Shown: positions 26,510 through 32,000 of the stretch, piece by piece | How positions within the stretch are numbered: the stretch's first letter is position 1 | Layout: the number at the start of each line of letters is the position of its first letter | Assembly: GCF_008000775.2 (NCBI RefSeq) | Contig: NZ_CP042905.2 | Span: forward strand, 1,410,001-1,442,000 | DNA from: Promethearchaeum syntrophicum | GTDB lineage: Archaea; Asgardarchaeota; Lokiarchaeia; Sigyniarchaeales; Promethearchaeaceae | DNA length: 32,000 bases | Direction: 5' to 3' | The notes under the pieces: generated by a model | Seen by the model: only the letters and a program-made list of their open reading frames with translations | Databases searched by the model: none | What the model was told of the DNA's origin: nothing | Made by a program: the position numbers and the translations under genes

Positions 26510-28717
26510 TTAAAATTCTGGAATTATCCAAAAAAGTGTCTTCTTGTTGTTGGATACTCCAATTCTATTCAAATAATTCAAATTGTTATATTCATGGAAT
26601 TCATTATGTGTAAGTATTCCATAATCTTTTCCATCTAAGAGTAAAATACCTCTTGTTATATCAATATCCCCAATTAGAATATATATATTATCAGATTTAT
26701 TTAAATCATAAAGTTGCTGTAAATAATTAATTTCAGTTCCATTCTCAAAGACGTTTGTATGATTTTCAGAATGAAGATAGTAACCTAATTCATAAGAAAA
26801 GCTTGCATTGTTTGGATTAGAATTCATTTCGAAGAAATAATTAAATGGATATGACCAATGAAAATTACCAATAATTAAAACTGTGGTCGAATAGGAATCA
26901 GAAAAATTTTCCCTATTAGAATAAAAAACTGTTTGTTCAATGAAACTACCTTCAGAATTAGTTATAAAATCTGAGAAATTTGCTTGGTAACATACACTAG
27001 AAAGGGTATGAGTAAGTAAAATAACTAGTAGAATCTTGCGATTTCTTGGATTATTTAGCCAATATTTAAAATTATACAAAATATAAAATCCTAAACCTAG
27101 GAAAAAGATAGGAATATAAAGTTGAATCATTCTAACAATAAAAGTATGAACAACTTGAAGAATTATTAAAATAACGAGAATCACAAGGATTCCAGTAAAA
27201 TATAGAAAATTTAATTTTCCAATTAAACTATATTTTCTATAGATTTGAATCCCAATAATACTTGCTGATATTATTATGAGAAAAAAACCAACTTCAATAG
27301 CCATTATAGCCACATTTGCAGGAAAAAACCCTTTTAATTTGATATTAAGATAAATATAAACAATGGGACCTATAATGATAAGAAGCGGAACAATAAATTT
27401 TCGATAATATTTCTTTTCAATAATAATTGCTTTATTAGTAGAATCAAATAATATTGAAGATGGCTCATCAATTGAATAAGTCCATTTATGAGTTCCCTTT
27501 TCAAAAATATAAAATAAAAATCCAACTAGAGGAATTATAATAAATATAACCCACCAGTAATTGATGAATTTTGAAGTTGTTAGCGTTATCGTCCAATAAA
27601 AATCATTTATAAGATTTATGATGAACAATACTGAGAAAAAAATCAAATCTTTTAGAAATTTGCGAGATTGAATTGTAATTATAATTAAAGAAAACAATAA
27701 AGGGATTAAATAAACCAAAGCATTAATGCTATGAACTATAATTATAGATAGAATTAATATTGATTGAATAAGGTAATATAATCTGTTCTTTTTCAATGAA
27801 AATTTATCATTAAACTTTGTTAGTTTAAATCTTTCATAAAAAAAACTATACATCTGTAATCCAAAAAAAGTAGTTAAAGCAGTTGGCCAGTACTGAGAGA
27901 AGTTTAAAATTGTTCCAAATATCGTTATCGTAAAGAGAAATGTGATTAAAATTGATAAATTCTGATTTCTGATGATTTTTTTTATGAAACAATAAAAAAG
28001 AAAACAGCCAAAAGGCAATTGAAAAATTCCTATAAATCTGGCTAAATTTAATGTATCTAATCCTGAGAATAAAGAAAAAACACTCCCAATAAAGTGATAA
28101 GATAATTCTCCAAAATATATTTTATTATCAGAAATTAACCCATTATCTAAAAAATCGTTAGTTAAGCGCATGTGGAACCAAACATCATCATAACCAACAT
28201 AAGGATTACGGAGGCTTATGAAAAGAGATAATATTAAAAGGAAAAGTAAAAGGTAGAAAGTATTGGAATTTAAAATGAATTTAATGTGAGAAACTAAAGT
28301 GGGTCGATGGTGTTTAATTATTTCATTTTGATCATCATTATTGGGGACTTTATTATGGAAATTCTTACGAAAATAATAAAAACTTAAAGAAATTGCCACA
28401 AAAGAATAATTTATAACAGCAATCGGTAATTTATTTAATGGAATCCACGTTTTTATAAAGATTAAGCTCACAAATACCCAAAAACTCAAGCTAAGAACAA
28501 TTGCAAATAAAAACCGTTCAATATTTATTTCCTCGAAATAATTGATTAGAATCACTAACCCTGGTAAAACAAACAAGAAAATAAATGTCATAAATATATT
28601 TAAGAGATTTAACATTTGGATATCAAGATAAATAATTAATGACCCAAAAATACTTAAAAATATGAATATCAAAGCCCTACGTTTAAAAATTTTATTTTTT
28701 AAGCCTTGAAATTGCAT
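26510..28717 (-). CDS. Large polytopic membrane protein, GT-C-fold-like glycosyltransferase candidate (paralog C)
   Basis: 735 aa. Layout: N-terminal 4-helix module, N/K/H-rich linker, a TM helix followed by RNPYVGYDDVWFHMRL (Asp-Asp at nt 28184-28189, minus strand), many helices, and a soluble C-terminal domain. No WWDYG. Confidence 0.5.
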   Translation of the reverse strand: MQFQGLKNKIFKRRALIFIFLSIFGSLIIYLDIQMLNLLNIFMTFIFLFVLPGLVILINYFEEINIERFLFAIVLSLSFWVFVSLIFIKTWIPLNKLPIAVINYSFVAISLSFYYFRKNFHNKVPNNDDQNEIIKHHRPTLVSHIKFILNSNTFYLLLFLLILSLFISLRNPYVGYDDVWFHMRLTNDFLDNGLISDNKIYFGELSYHFIGSVFSLFSGLDTLNLARFIGIFQLPFGCFLFYCFIKKIIRNQNLSILITFLFTITIFGTILNFSQYWPTALTTFFGLQMYSFFYERFKLTKFNDKFSLKKNRLYYLIQSILILSIIIVHSINALVYLIPLLFSLIIITIQSRKFLKDLIFFSVLFIINLINDFYWTITLTTSKFINYWWVIFIIIPLVGFLFYIFEKGTHKWTYSIDEPSSILFDSTNKAIIIEKKYYRKFIVPLLIIIGPIVYIYLNIKLKGFFPANVAIMAIEVGFFLIIISASIIGIQIYRKYSLIGKLNFLYFTGILVILVILIILQVVHTFIVRMIQLYIPIFFLGLGFYILYNFKYWLNNPRNRKILLVILLTHTLSSVCYQANFSDFITNSEGSFIEQTVFYSNRENFSDSYSTTVLIIGNFHWSYPFNYFFEMNSNPNNASFSYELGYYLHSENHTNVFENGTEINYLQQLYDLNKSDNIYILIGDIDITRGILLLDGKDYGILTHNEFHEYNNLNYLNRIGVSNNKKTLFWIIPEF

Positions 28718-28824
28718 ATTTTTCTCTCAATTTTTCGTAAATAATTAATTAACATTCTTTTATCTATTATATTCATGTCATATTTTTCTTTTGAGTTTTT
28801 TCAAATGATTCGCATTAAATTTAT

Positions 28825-30855
28825 TTATTGATTCTTTAATCTAACTTGGTTGAATTCTTCAAGATCTTTCTTAACAAGCAAACGAGTCATTTTGGTTAGA
28901 ATTATTAATCCTAATATTGACGCGATTGAATAATTTACAACAAAAAATGCTAAGTTTTGAAGAAAAGTTTTGTAAACTTCAATTGATATTTGATAATATA
29001 AATCATAATATGCATCTGTAAAAAATATTTGATATTCTGAAATTTTCTCAATATCTGTAATTAATTCTGTTCGGAATGGGGTATTATTTGTCCAAACAGC
29101 CATACCTCTACTTATATTTGTAATTAAATCTCCATCTTCCCAAATAACAAAATAACCCTTAGAATTATCGGCATCAGTAATTGTCCAATTAATAAAAATA
29201 TTCGGGGTGTCATATTTCACTCGAAAACTAATATTAGAAATAATATTCGGTTCTTTTGAGTATCCAATTGCAAAAATAGATGATTGCCTAGTCAAATTTG
29301 AACTTTTATATTCAATAATATAATAGTAGTAACTCGTTTTATTGAAATAATCCTGAAAAGACAAACTAAAATTATTTGACTTCGAATAAAGCAAATTACT
29401 TTCAGAAGTATCGAATAAGGGAACTTTTTCTCTGTATATATTAATTATGCCATTGATTTCTTCCCAATTCCATAATGGTGGGATCCAAGAAAGATTGAAT
29501 GATGAATTATCTGTTGGATTTGATTGAGAATCAATAATTGGAGCAGAAAGACCATTTCTATATAAGTTTACAATCAAAAAATCCTTATAATTATTCCATT
29601 TCATGTTTATAACAATATTTTTTGACTCGAATCCAGCTGAAATAACAGTAATAAAATGCATTCCTTTTTCTATCCATGGGATAGTATGTTGTGTGAATGA
29701 ATTGATTTTAGCTCGATACTTTAATGATTCTGGAAATTTCAAACCTGACCCATTATAAATTTGCAAAAAAATACTCCTTTTAATAATTTCTTCATTATCG
29801 AATCCAAACGTTTTAACTATGATATTTAAAGATCCGGAATTGTTTAATGCTTGAATCATAGGTGGATTCAATGTAATGATTGAAACTTCTTTAATTATAA
29901 TATAATTTGAATAATCAGTGAAATTTGGACAAAAAATCTTAATTCTGTAATTTCCAATTGGCAAATCATTAAAAACGATTGTATTATTATTTGAAAATGC
30001 ATAGGATCGATATGATAAGATTTCATTTGATAATAATGCCAAAGCAGGATAATCATTTTGAAAATGCGTTGATAAATTAATGTTTAAACTCGAAGGATAA
30101 TTTGGTTTTAAAACAATATTTTTGTGAATTTCTAAAATTTGACTTTCATAAAAAAACTTGAATTTCTCACCGATATCTTGAAAATAGTGACTTTGAATAT
30201 TAAATAGATATTTTTCATTGGCTTTTAGATCTTTGATTTGTATGTCCGTTGGAGATGTTGAAAGAAATTTCTTAAATATTGTCCCATTATCTTCAAAATA
30301 AATAGTTACATTAAATTGATCTACATGATCCACAAGAACTTCATTAAAAAGATTTATAATTATTTCACAATTATATGAAAGTTGTTTTTCTAAGAAGATA
30401 TCAATAAATAACGATTCATTTGGATCCACGATATTAAATGTTTTATAATTATCTTGAAATCCTGGTTTACTTAAAGTAATGTTGTAAGTTCCACTATTTA
30501 ATATTGTAAAATTGCCAAAACCATTCCCATCGGAATATTTAGAAGATACATTTTCATTTTCTGCATTAAAAATTTGAATTAAGACACCACCAAGATCAGT
30601 TGATTCATTCAAATCTTTGATAAAAATGAATAAATTATCTCCCACATAAGAAATATTTGAAGGGAACTCAAAATTATCTGAAGATTTTGGTATTGTTCCA
30701 TAGTTGTAATTATCATAATGACTATTTATATCACAACTATATTCATTCAAATTTCCATAATTTAAAGTATTAAGATTCTGAACAAGAATTAGTGTTGATG
30801 ATACAAAAATTAGATAGAATATTAAAATATAATATGAATTTTGGTTATCTAACAT
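28825..30855 (-). CDS. Cell-surface (S-layer-candidate) protein: N-terminal signal/anchor, several carboxypeptidase-regulatory-like/PEGA-like beta-sandwich repeats, FN3-like region, C-terminal TM anchor with basic tail
   Basis: 676 aa. The N-terminus YYILIFYLIFVSSTLILV is hydrophobic. GGVLIQIFNAENENVSSKYSDGNGFGNFTILNSGTYNITLSKPGFQD is a typical CarboxypepD_reg-like segment, and LPIGNYRIKIFCPNF is a second one. The C-terminus is FFVVNYSIASILGLIILT plus KMTRLLVKK. More than 20 N-X-S/T sequons by eye. Confidence 0.65.
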   Translation of the reverse strand: MLDNQNSYYILIFYLIFVSSTLILVQNLNTLNYGNLNEYSCDINSHYDNYNYGTIPKSSDNFEFPSNISYVGDNLFIFIKDLNESTDLGGVLIQIFNAENENVSSKYSDGNGFGNFTILNSGTYNITLSKPGFQDNYKTFNIVDPNESLFIDIFLEKQLSYNCEIIINLFNEVLVDHVDQFNVTIYFEDNGTIFKKFLSTSPTDIQIKDLKANEKYLFNIQSHYFQDIGEKFKFFYESQILEIHKNIVLKPNYPSSLNINLSTHFQNDYPALALLSNEILSYRSYAFSNNNTIVFNDLPIGNYRIKIFCPNFTDYSNYIIIKEVSIITLNPPMIQALNNSGSLNIIVKTFGFDNEEIIKRSIFLQIYNGSGLKFPESLKYRAKINSFTQHTIPWIEKGMHFITVISAGFESKNIVINMKWNNYKDFLIVNLYRNGLSAPIIDSQSNPTDNSSFNLSWIPPLWNWEEINGIINIYREKVPLFDTSESNLLYSKSNNFSLSFQDYFNKTSYYYYIIEYKSSNLTRQSSIFAIGYSKEPNIISNISFRVKYDTPNIFINWTITDADNSKGYFVIWEDGDLITNISRGMAVWTNNTPFRTELITDIEKISEYQIFFTDAYYDLYYQISIEVYKTFLQNLAFFVVNYSIASILGLIILTKMTRLLVKKDLEEFNQVRLKNQ

Positions 30856-31110
30856 CTCTGATAATTACTATTATATTTTTTTATTGAAAAATTTTTTTCA
30901 AGGTAATGAAAATATGGTGTTAAAGAAAAATCTCTAAAATCGGGTATTACCAATAATTCCAATAAAAGCAATTTCAATAATCTGAAATTTCAAAATATTT
31001 TTTCATCCCTCGTTTTTATTACTTCAAAGGTGTCAGTTCTATTCAAAATTTGGTATTTTAAACAGGTTCCAGCAGTATCTCTTTTAAAATCCATGTTATT
31101 TCAAAAGTTT

Positions 31111-32000
31111 TTAATATTGTATCTCAAAAATAGATAAACTATAGTTTAAAGGATTAATCGTTTTAATATTAGAAACATAATAATCTTGAACATATTCATG
31201 ATAAATTTCGATGAAAGATGGGCTATCCTTAATTAATTCATACAAATCTTCATTAAAAACGGATTCAATTACCAAATATTTTACTGATTTTTCGGTAGTA
31301 TATATTTTTTCTGACAAAACCCTTCCATTCTGCCTCAAAACCTTTCTAGAGTAGTTAAGATAATCAATCAAATCATTTAGATAATTATCGAGATAATAAT
31401 ATCTATTAAGTAAAGTATTAAACAAATATTTCGATTCATTAAATCCTACAACATAGCGATCGTACAAAATTGATTGACTAAAGGCATTAAGGGAATTTGA
31501 AATTGGATGAGGAAGAATCAAAATCAAATCATCATGACCTGTGTTTTCTTTCATCCAAATATAAGATTCGATATGTTCATCTTTGACATAAGCATTGAAG
31601 AAAAAGAAAGAGTAATTTGAACTAATATGAACAAATGAATATAATATTATCTGTAATAGTATCGCTCCTTTAATATACTTCAAAATTGTAGTTTGTTTCT
31701 TGTTTTTAAATATTTTTTTTTTTAGAAATGAACTTATTTTTGGAATCCAATATTTCATTGACACTGGTGCAATTATTATTAAAGATACATCAAGAAATAT
31801 GAAATATCGATAAAATATGTATGGGAAAAAGCTGATCAAACTCCAATATGGCAATAACAAGCAAATTGCTAATAATAGAAGTGTGAAAATATAGGTAATT
31901 CCTAAAATATTTGTATTGACTGATAAATTTGTCCTTTTTTTATTTTTTCTATAGGGATATGTTATACCAAAGATAAAGATTAAAGGACCAGATAATTGAG
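31111..32000 (-). CDS. GT-C-fold-like polytopic membrane protein (paralog D), C-terminal part only; gene continues beyond the window end
   Basis: The reading frame stays open upstream of the listed start (31860) to nt 32000: ..QLSGPLIFIFGITYPYRKNKKRTNLSVNTNILGITYIFTLLLLAICLLLPYW. That stretch aligns with SGGPIIFIFSILYLVFILIEKKKH.. of paralog A. The C-terminal soluble domain shares W(M/L)(K/R)(E/D)NT, (L/I)I(L/I)P and ILYDR with paralog A. Confidence 0.6.
   Translation of the reverse strand, partial: QLSGPLIFIFGITYPYRKNKKRTNLSVNTNILGITYIFTLLLLAICLLLPYWSLISFFPYIFYRYFIFLDVSLIIIAPVSMKYWIPKISSFLKKKIFKNKKQTTILKYIKGAILLQIILYSFVHISSNYSFFFFNAYVKDEHIESYIWMKENTGHDDLILILPHPISNSLNAFSQSILYDRYVVGFNESKYLFNTLLNRYYYLDNYLNDLIDYLNYSRKVLRQNGRVLSEKIYTTEKSVKYLVIESVFNEDLYELIKDSPSFIEIYHEYVQDYYVSNIKTINPLNYSLSIFEIQY

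Noticed and set aside
9762-28717. Canonical AglB/STT3 oligosaccharyltransferase among the large membrane proteins
   Set aside because: None of the translations contains WWDYG (or any WWD). The closest string is NYWWVIF in the 735-aa protein. They are therefore called only GT-C-like candidates.
1-32000. Mobile genetic element or defence island
   Set aside because: No integrase, transposase, terminal inverted repeats, toxin-antitoxin, restriction or Cas-like ORFs are recognisable. The only rearrangement signature is the local 330-bp duplication.

Overview
This window is very AT-rich, densely coding prokaryotic DNA. It reads as one large cell-surface glycosylation island. I saw no rRNA, tRNA, CRISPR array, transposase or integrase. 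Several traits suggest a low-GC archaeon: Dpm1-like GT2 enzymes, surface proteins with a C-terminal TM anchor, few Shine-Dalgarno sites, oligo-T tracts after genes, and an Asn/Ile/Lys/Phe/Tyr-rich proteome. Taxonomy cannot be proven from the window alone. Contents, left to right: (1) a nonulosonic-acid (pseudaminic-acid-type) module with pseB-pseC (TAATG overlap), a GNAT, an aldo/keto reductase and a truncated class-III aminotransferase. (2) A Wzx-like flippase plus a GT2. (3) An unusual tandem-fused double Dpm1-like GT2. (4) Four paralogous 650-735 aa polytopic membrane proteins that look GT-C-like but lack WWDYG. They are interleaved with sequon-rich surface proteins. (5) A 760-aa surface protein with five near-identical 69-bp repeats encoding EF-hand/TSP3-type Ca-binding loops. 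Its gene is bracketed by a ~330-bp direct duplication of the 5' end of the downstream glycosyltransferase gene, and the upstream copy is a nonsense-riddled pseudogene fragment. (6) A second GT-flippase pair, wecB, two SDR epimerase/dehydratases and two GT4 enzymes. The most interesting hypothesis is an expanded extracytoplasmic glycosylation system: Dol-P-sugar synthase, flippases and multiple GT-C-like transferases, each next to a candidate substrate protein. All family assignments come from motifs read by eye. No searches were run.
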